Origin: Rickettsiales bacterium
GTDB taxonomy: Bacteria; Pseudomonadota; Alphaproteobacteria; Rickettsiales; UBA1997
Direction: 5' to 3'
Assembly: GCA_020054695.1 (NCBI GenBank)
Contig: JAHXBT010000014.1
Location: 1-61,328, forward strand
DNA: 61,328 nucleotides
A program made the translations under genes and the position numbers. Positions 33,399 through 43,287 of this stretch are shown here, in pieces (within the stretch, counting starts at the first letter, position 1; each line of letters opens with the position of its first letter). The notes under the pieces were generated by a model. It was not told the origin of the DNA, ran no database searches, and was given only the letters and a program-made list of their open reading frames with translations.

Positions 33399-33412
33399 TT
33401 TAATTATTAATT

Positions 33413-33925
33413 ATGACAGAGGAAATTAAAAAACATGTAATTGCAATTTTGGTTGATAATGAATTTGGTGCCCTGGCAAGAATTGTTGATTTATTTTCTG
33501 GTAGAGGTTATAATATAGAATCTTTAAATGTTGCACCAATTACAGAAGATAAAAAATTATCAAGAATTACTATTACAACTTACGGTACCCGTAAAACAGT
33601 TGATTTAATTTGTAAATTATTAAATAGAATCATTCCCGTTCATCATGCAATTGAGTTAACTATTGAGGATGGCTATGTAGAAAGAGAATTGGCTTTGGTA
33701 AAAATTATTGGTAATGAAGAAAAGAGAAATAAGGCTCTAGAAATTCTTGATAAGTATCGTACCCACCTGATTGACTTAACTGATAATGCTGCAATTTTTG
33801 AAATCATTGGTACTTCAGAAGCAATTGATGGCATTATTACTAAAATTTCCCACTTAGGAATTGATGGAGTTTCTAGAACAGGAGTTGCTGCTGGTTTTAA
33901 AGGTGGTAAGAAGCTAGGAAACTAG
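33413..33925 (+). CDS. ilvH: Acetolactate synthase small (regulatory) subunit
   Basis: 170 aa. ACT domain (ILVDNEFGALARIVDLFSGRGYNIESL). No large-subunit gene is adjacent. Confidence 0.85.
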   Translation: MTEEIKKHVIAILVDNEFGALARIVDLFSGRGYNIESLNVAPITEDKKLSRITITTYGTRKTVDLICKLLNRIIPVHHAIELTIEDGYVERELALVKIIGNEEKRNKALEILDKYRTHLIDLTDNAAIFEIIGTSEAIDGIITKISHLGIDGVSRTGVAAGFKGGKKLGN

Positions 33926-33937
33926 GAAACTAGGTAG
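33914..33937 (+). repeat. 8-bp microsatellite CTAGGAAA x2 followed by CTAGGTAG, spanning the ilvH stop
   Basis: Read directly from the sequence. A TAG falls in all three frames. Confidence 0.8.
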
Positions 33938-34035
33938 TTAAATTAGAATGATTCTAAAATTATCTATTATGCCGATTATAATTAAAAAACTCTTACATTT
34001 TTTGTTACCAGGGACAAGACAAAATATTGTTATAT

Positions 34036-36510
34036 TTATTTATTAATAGGCTTAAATTTTACAAGTAAAACCGGTAATAATAAAAAGTCAGCAAGTAGGG
34101 CAAAAATCATCGAAAGAGTGGTTAAAATTCCAAAATAAATTGTTGGTACAAAATTAGAAAAAACCAAAATAAAAAATCCAAAACCAATAATAGCAGTAGT
34201 ATAATACATAGCTTTACCGATAGTGTTGTGGGCTCTTATCACTGCCTCAATATAATCCCCACCCTTTTTTAATTCTTCATCAAAGCGATGAATATAATGA
34301 ATTGTGTCATCAACAGCGATACCAATAGCAATAGCAGCAATGGTAATAGTCATAATATCAAGTGGAATATTAGACCAACCCATAATTCCAAGAATAAATA
34401 TAGCTACAATAATATTTGGAATAATTGCTAAAATAGAAAGTTTGATATTTCTAAATAAAATTAGGAACATGGCTAAAATTACCAAAAACACAAAGGATAA
34501 AGTTTGGATTTGGCTTTCAAAAAGGCTCTGTAAAATGTTATTATATAAAACCAACATGCCATTAAGATGTATTCTATCTGGTTCTAAATCAAATTTAGTG
34601 CCTAAATCTTCTCTAATTTGAGAAATTAACTCATTCCTTTTAAGATTTTCACTTGTTTCTCTAATTCTAACATTAAAGTGCAATTGGTTAGCATCATCAG
34701 AAAGATAGGGGTAAAATAAAATATTTTGAATATCTTTAGATGTTTTAGTGCAAGCCAATGTTAGGATAAAATTATCCAAATCAGAACCACTATTAAGTGA
34801 TTTAAACATTGAAAATGAGCTAGAAAGTGACATTATTTTGCCAGTTTCAGGTAAACTATCTAGATAATTATGAATATCATCAATTAATTTAATATTATTA
34901 GCGCTATACCAGTAGCCATTAGAAAACGGGCATAATTCTTCCTCAAAATCTTCTTCTGAAAAGAAATCTTCAAATTCATCCTCATATTCTTCTTCCTGCA
35001 GCATTTTTGGAGCATCAATTACAATATTAAGAGGTGTTGTACCCCCCATCTTATTGTCAATTACTCTCATTCCTTTATTAATTTCTGTTGATTCCTTATA
35101 ATAATTAATAAAGCTATTTTCTACTGTTAATTGCAAAATACCAATAATTGCTACAAATGATAAAATAGCGAAGATTTTGATAATTAATTTTGATTTTTTA
35201 TGCACCAAATCACAAAAAAAACTAATTGATTTGGTTAAAAAGATATATTCTTTATTTTGAGAAATAATTTTATTATCATTAACAAGTAATAAATTTGGTA
35301 ATAAAATAAAGGTAAAAAGATAAGCAATTACAATACCAAGACCCATCATTTGTCCAAAATCAATTACGGGAGTAATATCACTAATAACCAAAGAACCAAA
35401 AGCTACAATAGTGGTAATAGAGGTATAAAAACATGGGATAGACATTTTTTTTACTGATAATAATATCAGCTCTTTTTGAGATAAATTTTTATTTTCAGCA
35501 GATATTTCTCGATAACGAACCATCAAATGAATATTCATCGAAAGGGTGATGATAAATAATAAAGAAATAAAATTAGAAGAAACCAAAGTAACTGGCCAAT
35601 TAATCATTCCTAAAAATCCTAGCATGGTAATAATAACCGAAATACAAACAAGGAGGGGTGCAATAACCCACTTTAATGATTTAAAAATGACTAAAAGTGT
35701 TAAAATGGTAAAAAATAAGATTAAAAGACCAAATATTTTGATATCGCTATTAATAAATGCAATGGAGTCAGCAATAATCATAGGTACACCACCAATATAA
35801 ATATCATACTTGTCTTGATAATTTGCTAATATTTGCCTAATCATAGCAATATTTTGGGCTTGCTTTTCAAGGGAATTGTAATGATATTTACTAAAATTTT
35901 CTTCAATTTTATTTAGTTTTCCCTGATCAAAGAGACGTCCGTCATTTTTTAATTTTCGTAAGGAATTTCTTTTTTCTAATAAATTATGATATGTTTCATC
36001 TCTTTGAAATTTAACCAAGATGGTTGAAATTTTACCTTCCAAATCAACTAGATTCTCTGAATATAGCTCGCTTGATATTAATTCCTTTTTGGCCAGAGTT
36101 TTATCAGTTGTGGGGTCAGAAATTGTTCTAATGCCGGAAGGTAAATCTTCAAAAGAAATTTTAGGAGAATTAATAAGGGGAGCATCCAAAATTGTTACCA
36201 CATTATTAATATCATTAATTGCCAGTAATTTTCTTTTGATTTCTTTAAGATCAGCAAGGCTATTTTCAGAAAATAAATTATCACTAACTGGGCTATAAGT
36301 AACTACTAAAAATTCATCTGAGCCAAATTCCTTGGTAATTTGACGATAATAATCAATATCCTTGTCATTTTCTAAATTTAAAGAATCCGAAGAAGCATCT
36401 AGCCTAAATTGCAGTGAATGGTAGGAAAAAAAGCCAATTAAACTGATAAAAATCAGAAAAATTAGACTTTGATTATTTAAGAATAATTTTTGATATAACT
36501 TGCTAAACAT
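34036..36510 (-). CDS. RND/MMPL-family exporter (two 6-TM bundles)
   Basis: 824 aa. Duplicated architecture of hydrophobic blocks each preceded by a large soluble loop. Confidence 0.7.
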   Translation of the reverse strand: MFSKLYQKLFLNNQSLIFLIFISLIGFFSYHSLQFRLDASSDSLNLENDKDIDYYRQITKEFGSDEFLVVTYSPVSDNLFSENSLADLKEIKRKLLAINDINNVVTILDAPLINSPKISFEDLPSGIRTISDPTTDKTLAKKELISSELYSENLVDLEGKISTILVKFQRDETYHNLLEKRNSLRKLKNDGRLFDQGKLNKIEENFSKYHYNSLEKQAQNIAMIRQILANYQDKYDIYIGGVPMIIADSIAFINSDIKIFGLLILFFTILTLLVIFKSLKWVIAPLLVCISVIITMLGFLGMINWPVTLVSSNFISLLFIITLSMNIHLMVRYREISAENKNLSQKELILLSVKKMSIPCFYTSITTIVAFGSLVISDITPVIDFGQMMGLGIVIAYLFTFILLPNLLLVNDNKIISQNKEYIFLTKSISFFCDLVHKKSKLIIKIFAILSFVAIIGILQLTVENSFINYYKESTEINKGMRVIDNKMGGTTPLNIVIDAPKMLQEEEYEDEFEDFFSEEDFEEELCPFSNGYWYSANNIKLIDDIHNYLDSLPETGKIMSLSSSFSMFKSLNSGSDLDNFILTLACTKTSKDIQNILFYPYLSDDANQLHFNVRIRETSENLKRNELISQIREDLGTKFDLEPDRIHLNGMLVLYNNILQSLFESQIQTLSFVFLVILAMFLILFRNIKLSILAIIPNIIVAIFILGIMGWSNIPLDIMTITIAAIAIGIAVDDTIHYIHRFDEELKKGGDYIEAVIRAHNTIGKAMYYTTAIIGFGFFILVFSNFVPTIYFGILTTLSMIFALLADFLLLPVLLVKFKPINK

Positions 36511-36516
36511 TTTGAA

Positions 36517-38277
36517 TTAATTATCGATCTGATCAATATAATTACTAATTACATCTAGGCCAAATTGCCAAAATTCCTTATGACTAGCATCCAAACCAAA
36601 AGGAGCTAATAATTCCTTATGATGCAAAGTGCCACCAGCTTTGAGCATTGCTAGATATTTTTCTTCAAAATTATCTAAGCCATTTTTGTAAGCTCCGTAA
36701 AGTGAATTAACCAAACAGTCGCCAAAGGCATAGGAATAAACATAAAAGGGTGAATGAATAAAATGTGGAATATAAGACCAGTAATATTTATATTCATCAT
36801 CAAAAGTAAAAATACCACCAAGTGATTCCTTTTGTACTTCCATCCAAAATTGACATAATCTTTCAGTAGAAATTTCTCCCTTTTTCCTTTCATCATGAAC
36901 TTTTCTTTCAAATTCTAAAAAGGAGATTTGGCGAATAACAGTATTAATCATATCCTCAACTTTAGAGGCAATGATTATTTTTTTACGCTCCTGATTTTGT
37001 TCTCTTTTAAGAATTTCTTGGAAAGTTAATTGTTCGCCAAAAACCGAGGCAGTCTCAGCCAAAGTAAGTGGAGTTCCTGACATAAAGTAACCTTTTTTGG
37101 AAGCTAAAATTTGATGCACACCATGACCTAGTTCATGAGCCAAAGTCATAATATCACGCACTTTACCTTGATAATTTAAAAGTAAATAAGGATGAACTGA
37201 TGGGATTGTTGGGTGGGCAAAAGCGCCAGAATCCTTACCATCTCGCACGCCAACATCGATCCAATTATTATCAAAAAACCTTTGACCAATTTTTGCCAAT
37301 TCAGGAGAAAAATTATTATAAGCATCAAGGACTATCTTTTTAGCATCTTCCCAAGAAGTAAGGTTTTCATCCATAGAAAGTGGCGCGTTACGATCAGAAT
37401 AATGCATTTTATTTAAACCAAGCAATCTTGCCTTAATTTTATAATAACGATGTGAAATATTGGCATAATTTTCTTTCACTACAGTCACTAAATTATCGAC
37501 AATTTCATCCTCAATAAAATTACTGAGATTACGAGAAGAAATAGGGAGGTTAAAATCACGAAGATTATCATTAATATCCTTATCCTTGGCTAAAATATTG
37601 GTAATATAAGATAAAAGTCTGATATTACTACCTAGAGTTTTGCCAATAATTTTGGCAGCTTTCTTACGAGTTGTAGATTCTTTGGAGCTAAGTAAATTGA
37701 AAATTTCCGAAGCATTTAATTCCTTTTTATCATAAGAAAATTTTATATTATTAATAGTTTCATCAAAAAGACGACTCCAAGCGCTAGCGCCAGTTGAGCT
37801 TTTTTCTAAGAGGATTTTTTCAATATCTTCTGGTAACTGGTGTTTTTTAAAAACTCTAATATCTCTTAAGTAAGGTTGATATTGTTGTAGATTTTTTGAT
37901 GAATTATAAAGTTTTTCTAGATTTTTTTCCTCTATCTCGTTAATTTCTAGTTCAAAAAAGACTAAATCTTTAGAAATTTCACAAATTTTTTCAGAAGAAT
38001 TTTGATAGAACGAGGTAACATTCTCATCCATCATATTGGATGCATAGTTTAAATAGGCAAAGCTGGATATTTTACCAAATTTTTCAGCAATTTCTTCATT
38101 TTTTTTAATGGCTTTGTGCAAATCATCACCGGATAATTTGGTAACTCTTCCCTTGTAATTTTTGGCAAATTCTGTTACTTTTTGTGTTAAACTTTTAAAA
38201 TCTAACTCAATATTTTTATCAGAAATGTTTTGATAAAAATCAGTTAAATCCCATTTTGGTAAATTTTTTAGGTTCAT
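36517..38277 (-). CDS. pepF: Oligoendopeptidase F (M3B metallopeptidase)
   Basis: 586 aa. HELGHGVH zinc motif. Confidence 0.85.
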   Translation of the reverse strand: MNLKNLPKWDLTDFYQNISDKNIELDFKSLTQKVTEFAKNYKGRVTKLSGDDLHKAIKKNEEIAEKFGKISSFAYLNYASNMMDENVTSFYQNSSEKICEISKDLVFFELEINEIEEKNLEKLYNSSKNLQQYQPYLRDIRVFKKHQLPEDIEKILLEKSSTGASAWSRLFDETINNIKFSYDKKELNASEIFNLLSSKESTTRKKAAKIIGKTLGSNIRLLSYITNILAKDKDINDNLRDFNLPISSRNLSNFIEDEIVDNLVTVVKENYANISHRYYKIKARLLGLNKMHYSDRNAPLSMDENLTSWEDAKKIVLDAYNNFSPELAKIGQRFFDNNWIDVGVRDGKDSGAFAHPTIPSVHPYLLLNYQGKVRDIMTLAHELGHGVHQILASKKGYFMSGTPLTLAETASVFGEQLTFQEILKREQNQERKKIIIASKVEDMINTVIRQISFLEFERKVHDERKKGEISTERLCQFWMEVQKESLGGIFTFDDEYKYYWSYIPHFIHSPFYVYSYAFGDCLVNSLYGAYKNGLDNFEEKYLAMLKAGGTLHHKELLAPFGLDASHKEFWQFGLDVISNYIDQIDN

Positions 38278-38619
38278 ATTTTAATTATTGATGATTCATA
38301 TTTTAAAATATATATAAAAACATTCAAATCAAGAAATATAAAAAATTATTTGCGTTAAGTTGAAAATAATGGTAAAATTTAATATTGTTAAGTAATAATC
38401 AATTAATTTTAGAATATAATGGTAAATTTAGTATTAAAAGACGATTAATCTAAGTGTAAATTTGTTGAAACATTATATAATTATTTTTGTGATAATGAAC
38501 AACAATATAAAAAATTTCAAACAAATCTAGGCAATCTAAGTGAAAATTTATCTGAAAAGGAAAGAGAAAATGAACTTAACCAAATAGATAAAAATAATCA
38601 AATACATATAACCAATATT

Positions 38620-39039
38620 ATGTCTTTTTTTCTGCCTAATTCTGCGAATAAATCAACAACTTCTTTTTCACCAACATTACAATATGATCAACATTTGGCA
38701 GAATCTGTAATTGCAATATACGAGCATCTAGAAGATGAAAATTCTAAGAAGATGAATCTGTTTATAAATGATATAAAACTTAATAAAATAAATACAGGTG
38801 CTTTTTTTGGCAACCAAGGTGAACATAATAAAAATCAAGAATATTTAGATAAAACATTACTTGTGAATGTAGTTAAAAGTGAGCATATAGTTGACTATAG
38901 ATTTATGAACGAAAAGCAACAAAAAATCATACAAGGTTGGTTTAAAATACATCATGGAAAACCACCAGAACAGGTGGAAATAATTGCCGTTACTAGAGAA
39001 GATAATCTTAATGTCAATAATGGAATTTTAATTCAATGA
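38620..39039 (+). CDS. Hypothetical protein, possibly the 3' part of a disrupted longer gene
   Basis: 139-aa track ORF. The same frame is open for another 57 codons upstream, to a TAA at 38446-38448 that is itself preceded by an in-frame ATG at 38419. Confidence 0.45.
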   Translation: MSFFLPNSANKSTTSFSPTLQYDQHLAESVIAIYEHLEDENSKKMNLFINDIKLNKINTGAFFGNQGEHNKNQEYLDKTLLVNVVKSEHIVDYRFMNEKQQKIIQGWFKIHHGKPPEQVEIIAVTREDNLNVNNGILIQ

Positions 39040-39135
39040 TATGTAATAGTTTGAAATTGATTCATTGACTTTTATACCCAAAATATCTATAAAGAATCAG
39101 TCTAATCAAGAAATATTAACAATTTAATTAAAAAA

Positions 39136-39555
39136 ATGACAAATTTAACTTTTTCAATAATCAAACCAGACGCAACTAAGAGAAATATCACTGGCAAAAT
39201 CAATTCTTATATTGAAGCTGCTGGACTAAAAATTGTTGCTCAAAAAAGAATTAAAATGACCAAAGCGCAGGCAGAAAAATTTTATGAAATTCACAAAGAA
39301 AGACCTTTTTATGGTGAATTGGTAGAATTTATGACTTCTGCGCCAGTTATTGTGCAAGTTTTAAAAGGCGATAATGCTGTAAAAACATATCGTGATGTTA
39401 TGGGTGCAACTAATCCAAGTGAAGCAGACGCAGGTACCATCAGAAAAGATTTTGCTATTGATATTAGTGAAAATTCAGTTCATGGTTCTGACTCTGATGA
39501 TAATGCTAAAATTGAAATTACTCAATTTTTTAGTAAGGAAGATATAGTGGAGTAA
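39136..39555 (+). CDS. ndk: Nucleoside diphosphate kinase
   Basis: 139 aa. FSIIKPDA and NSVHGSDS (active-site His). Confidence 0.95.
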   Translation: MTNLTFSIIKPDATKRNITGKINSYIEAAGLKIVAQKRIKMTKAQAEKFYEIHKERPFYGELVEFMTSAPVIVQVLKGDNAVKTYRDVMGATNPSEADAGTIRKDFAIDISENSVHGSDSDDNAKIEITQFFSKEDIVE

Positions 39556-39584
39556 TTAATTATTCCTATATAATACCCCCTAAA

Positions 39585-39611
39585 ACGGTATAACATAACA
39601 TGTTATACCGT
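39585..39611. terminator. Perfect 12-bp hairpin between convergent ndk and mscS, a possible bidirectional terminator
   Basis: ACGGTATAACAT-AAC-ATGTTATACCGT. No clear U-tract. Nested inside an outer inverted repeat, CCCTAAAA / TTTTAGGG. Confidence 0.35.
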
Positions 39612-39753
39612 AACTGCAAAGTGCAAATGATCAATAATTTTTAGGGCAAGGACCAATACAAGATCAAAAAAAATTGAGTGCGTATGTAAAAATATTACTT
39701 GGATTTAATTACTGTTTTATTATAAATTATTTTTCTTACTCCACTTTCTTTTT

Positions 39754-40827
39754 CTATCTTTTACCATCCAATTGTTTTAATAATTTAACTTCAGAAGTGG
39801 GAAACGCAATTTCTGCCCCTTCCGCTGCAATAATATCACTAATTTGGAGAAGGATTTTTTCTTTTATTTTATGAAATTCTTCCCAATTAGTGGTTTTAGT
39901 AAAGGTGTAAATGAAAAAATCCACTGAAAATTCATTAAATTTATTAAGATTAACCATTAAGGTTTTTTTATTATCAATATCCTGATGCTTATCAAGCATT
40001 GTTCTAATTTTCTCAACTATTATGGCAACTTTTGATACATCATTATAACGTAGGCCAATAGTTTCAAAAATTCGCCTATTTGACATGCGAGAAGGGTTTT
40101 CAATGGCAATATTGCTAAAAATTGAGTTTGGTACATAAAGCATTCTACTTTCAAAGGTACGAATTTTTGTCAGGCGCCAACCAATACCAGTTACTATTCC
40201 CTCAATATCACGATCTGGCGATTTAATCCAATCACCAACAGAAAAAGGTCGATCAAGATAAATCATAATAGCACCAAAAAAATTGGCCAAAAGATCTTTG
40301 GCAGCAAAACCAATAGCAACGCCGCCAATACCACCAAAAGCAATAATACCACTCAAGCTAACGCCAAATTGATTAAGAATCATTAAGAAAAGAAATATAA
40401 TTAAAATAGCTTTAAGAAGTTTAATAATTGCTAAAATAGTGGTTATATCATATTGAGATTTTTTATCTTCTGTAAAATAATTTTCGTAAGAAATAATCAT
40501 TCTCCAGCCAAACCAAATAATTGAAATTATCATCCCACTTGTTAGAATTTTATGAGAAATAATCAGGCTATAATTAGAATATTCTTGAAAAAAAATAGTA
40601 ATAATTGCTGTAAAACAAGATAAAAAGAAAAAATTTAATGGTTTTTTAATAGAATTAAGAATGATTTGTTTTTTATCATCATTTTCTACCTTTTTTTGTA
40701 ATTTTTTAATTACTTTATTACTGGTGAAAATTACTATAGCATAAATAATAATAAGAATTAATATTGTTAGGAGATTCGTCAAGGAAGAATCAAAATGTAT
40801 ATAATTTTTACTAAGAAAATCCAACAT
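39754..40827 (-). CDS. mscS: Small-conductance mechanosensitive channel (MscS family)
   Basis: 357 aa. TM segments followed by the conserved RPFSVGDWI...GIVTGIGWRLTKIRT block. Confidence 0.85.
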   Translation of the reverse strand: MLDFLSKNYIHFDSSLTNLLTILILIIIYAIVIFTSNKVIKKLQKKVENDDKKQIILNSIKKPLNFFFLSCFTAIITIFFQEYSNYSLIISHKILTSGMIISIIWFGWRMIISYENYFTEDKKSQYDITTILAIIKLLKAILIIFLFLMILNQFGVSLSGIIAFGGIGGVAIGFAAKDLLANFFGAIMIYLDRPFSVGDWIKSPDRDIEGIVTGIGWRLTKIRTFESRMLYVPNSIFSNIAIENPSRMSNRRIFETIGLRYNDVSKVAIIVEKIRTMLDKHQDIDNKKTLMVNLNKFNEFSVDFFIYTFTKTTNWEEFHKIKEKILLQISDIIAAEGAEIAFPTSEVKLLKQLDGKR

Positions 40828-40842
40828 AATTTATAAAATTTA

Positions 40843-42297
40843 ATGGAAAATATTATTGATAACCAAAATATAGAGGAAAATCAAGTAAAATCAATTATAA
40901 AAAGAGAATTATATAATTTAGAAGCTGAACAAGTCATTTTAGGCACTATTATTATGAACAATGATTATCTTAATCGTGTATCTGAATTTTTACTAGATGA
41001 ACATTTTTATGAGCCTGCGCATCAAAAAATTTATGATGAAATTATTCACATTGTAGGAAATATGAATATTGTTGCCAACAATGTTACTTTAAAGCAGTTT
41101 TTTTCTGAAAATGCTGATATTTCTGGTATTGGGGGGATGAAGTATATGGCAGTTTTGATGGATAAAGCTACAGGTATTGTTGATATTGCTGACTATGCTA
41201 AATTAATTTATGATTTATATCTTAAGCGTAATTTAACAATGATTGCAGAAGATATTATTATTGATTGTAATAATCATGATGATGATACTGCTTTAGAAAA
41301 AATTGAAAATGCTGAGAAAGAGATTTTTAACCTAACTTTTTCTCAAAATACAGGAAGTGATTTTAAGGGGATTTCTGATGCTTTAAAAACTACCTTAGAA
41401 AAAACTCTCATTGCTAAACAGGCCGATTCTCATATTACTGGTATTTCTACTGGACTTTCGGACTTAGATCAAATTTTAAGTGGTTTACAAAATTCTGATC
41501 TTGTTATTCTGGCTGGTCGTCCTTCCATGGGTAAAACAGCTTTAGCTATTAATATGGCTGTTAACGCTTGTAAAGATTTAATGGTAAAAGATACAGAAAA
41601 TGAAGAGCAAAGAGCGGTGGGAATTTTTTCTTTAGAAATGTCTTCTGATCAATTATCTTCTAGGATTTTATCGATGGAAACTAGTATTAGCGCCACCAAA
41701 TTTCGTTCTGGAATAATTAGTGAAGATGAATGGCAGGTAATTAGTGCCAGAAGTGCTCAAATTGCTGACATGCCAATTTTCATAGATGATACTCCAGCTC
41801 TTTCAATTTCAGCCATTCGTACTAGAACTCGTCGCTTAATTAAGAAAAAAAATCTCTCAATTTTAGTAATTGATTATTTACAGTTAATTAGAGGTAGTAA
41901 AAAAACAGAAAATAGAGTACAAGAAATTTCTGAAATTACACAAGGACTTAAAGCGATTGCTAAGGAGTTTAATATTCCAGTTATTGCGCTGTCACAACTT
42001 TCTAGAGCGGTCGAACAAAGGGATGATAAAAGGCCGCAGCTTTCTGATTTAAGAGAGTCTGGATCAATTGAACAAGATGCAGATGTAGTAGCTTTTATAT
42101 ATAGAGAAAGCTACTATCTTGAAAGAAAAAGACCAGATGAAAGTGAAGTAGAAACTTTTAAAAAATGGCAAGATAAAATGTCAGAAATTAGAAATAAATC
42201 AGAAATTATAATCGCCAAACAAAGAAATGGACCCATTGGCAGCGTTGAACTATTCTTTGATGCTGAATTTACTAGATTTGGCAACTGGGCTAATTAA
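40843..42297 (+). CDS. dnaB: Replicative DNA helicase
   Basis: 484 aa. GRPSMGKTA Walker A, IDYLQLI, and the RESGSIEQDAD motif. Confidence 0.95.
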   Translation: MENIIDNQNIEENQVKSIIKRELYNLEAEQVILGTIIMNNDYLNRVSEFLLDEHFYEPAHQKIYDEIIHIVGNMNIVANNVTLKQFFSENADISGIGGMKYMAVLMDKATGIVDIADYAKLIYDLYLKRNLTMIAEDIIIDCNNHDDDTALEKIENAEKEIFNLTFSQNTGSDFKGISDALKTTLEKTLIAKQADSHITGISTGLSDLDQILSGLQNSDLVILAGRPSMGKTALAINMAVNACKDLMVKDTENEEQRAVGIFSLEMSSDQLSSRILSMETSISATKFRSGIISEDEWQVISARSAQIADMPIFIDDTPALSISAIRTRTRRLIKKKNLSILVIDYLQLIRGSKKTENRVQEISEITQGLKAIAKEFNIPVIALSQLSRAVEQRDDKRPQLSDLRESGSIEQDADVVAFIYRESYYLERKRPDESEVETFKKWQDKMSEIRNKSEIIIAKQRNGPIGSVELFFDAEFTRFGNWAN

Positions 42298-42427
42298 AAG
42301 ATTTTTATATATAGATTTAATAATTTTAAATTTATATTTATATCAAAATCTCCGTGAATATTTTGATTTAAAATAGCTTTTATGTATTTTATATATAGAT
42401 ATTAATAGTATTAAATAGTTATTAATA

Positions 42428-43060
42428 TTATCTATAGTTTTCTGAATTAGCTACATACCTAGCTAACATATCAATTTCTATGTTCACCTCATTACCTGAA
42501 TTCAAAAATTGTAAGTTGGTATTGTCAAATGTATGGCTAATAATGTTAGTTTGAAACAGAAAATAATTTTTATCTAAATCCAATACATCATTAACAGTTA
42601 AAGAAATACCATTAATAGTAATTGAACCTTTTTGACAAATAAATTTTTTAAATTCATTAGAGATCTTAAAGGTAAAAATCCAAGAATCATCGTTAGCTTT
42701 AGTAATTTTATAAATATTGCAAATTGTATCAACATGTCCACTAACTAAATGACCACCAATTTCATCACCAATTTTCAGGGAAAATTCTACATTTATAAAA
42801 TTTCCTTTTTTCCAGTTGTAAATAGTAGTTTTGTCAATAGTCTCAGGTGAAATATCAAAAGAGAATAAGTTATAATTATGTTTTTCTTCCAATTTAGTTA
42901 AGGTTAGGCAAGTGCCAGAGCATGCAATAGATGATCCAATTTTATATTTGTTATCTTGTAAATCTTTTTTAGCAATTTTGATAGTTAAAATTAAATCCTT
43001 ATCATCTCTTATAGTAATATTAGTAATTTGAGCAATATGAGTTATAAGTCCTGTAAACAT
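42428..43060 (-). CDS. ribE: Riboflavin synthase alpha chain
   Basis: 210 aa. MFTGLI start and duplicated lumazine-binding repeats (GSSIACSGTCLT / GSITINGISLT). Confidence 0.9.
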   Translation of the reverse strand: MFTGLITHIAQITNITIRDDKDLILTIKIAKKDLQDNKYKIGSSIACSGTCLTLTKLEEKHNYNLFSFDISPETIDKTTIYNWKKGNFINVEFSLKIGDEIGGHLVSGHVDTICNIYKITKANDDSWIFTFKISNEFKKFICQKGSITINGISLTVNDVLDLDKNYFLFQTNIISHTFDNTNLQFLNSGNEVNIEIDMLARYVANSENYR

Positions 43061-43152
43061 AATAAATAATATATTATACTACAATTTAGTGTAGCACCTA
43101 GAAAAATAAATTTTTATTTTAATAGCTTTTTCTTTAACTTAAAGATTTATTA

Positions 43153-43181
43153 TTGATTTTATTAAAACTGACAATTAAACT
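43153..43181 (+). promoter_or_regulatory. Candidate promoter for tRNA-Ile
   Basis: TTGATT, 17-nt spacer, TAAACT, ending about 16 nt upstream of the tRNA 5' end. Confidence 0.3.
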
Positions 43182-43197
43182 GTGTAAGTCAAAGTAA

Positions 43198-43274
43198 GGG
43201 TTTGTAGCTCAGCTGGTTAGAGTGCGCGCCTGATAAGCGCGAGGTCGGTGGTTCAAGTCCACCCAGACCCACCA
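43198..43274 (+). tRNA. tRNA-Ile (anticodon GAU), CCA encoded
   Basis: The cloverleaf folds by hand: acceptor GGGTTTG/CAGACCC, anticodon stem CGCGC/GCGCG with loop CTGATAA, T-arm GGTGG-TTCAAGT-CCACC. Confidence 0.9.
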
Positions 43275-43287
43275 TCATTTAATCAAT

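Noticed and set aside
39674-39874. Plus-strand 66-aa ORF between ndk and mscS.
   Set aside because: Two-thirds of it overlaps the 3' end of the well-supported mscS on the opposite strand. The product is hydrophobic and low-complexity and has no start context.
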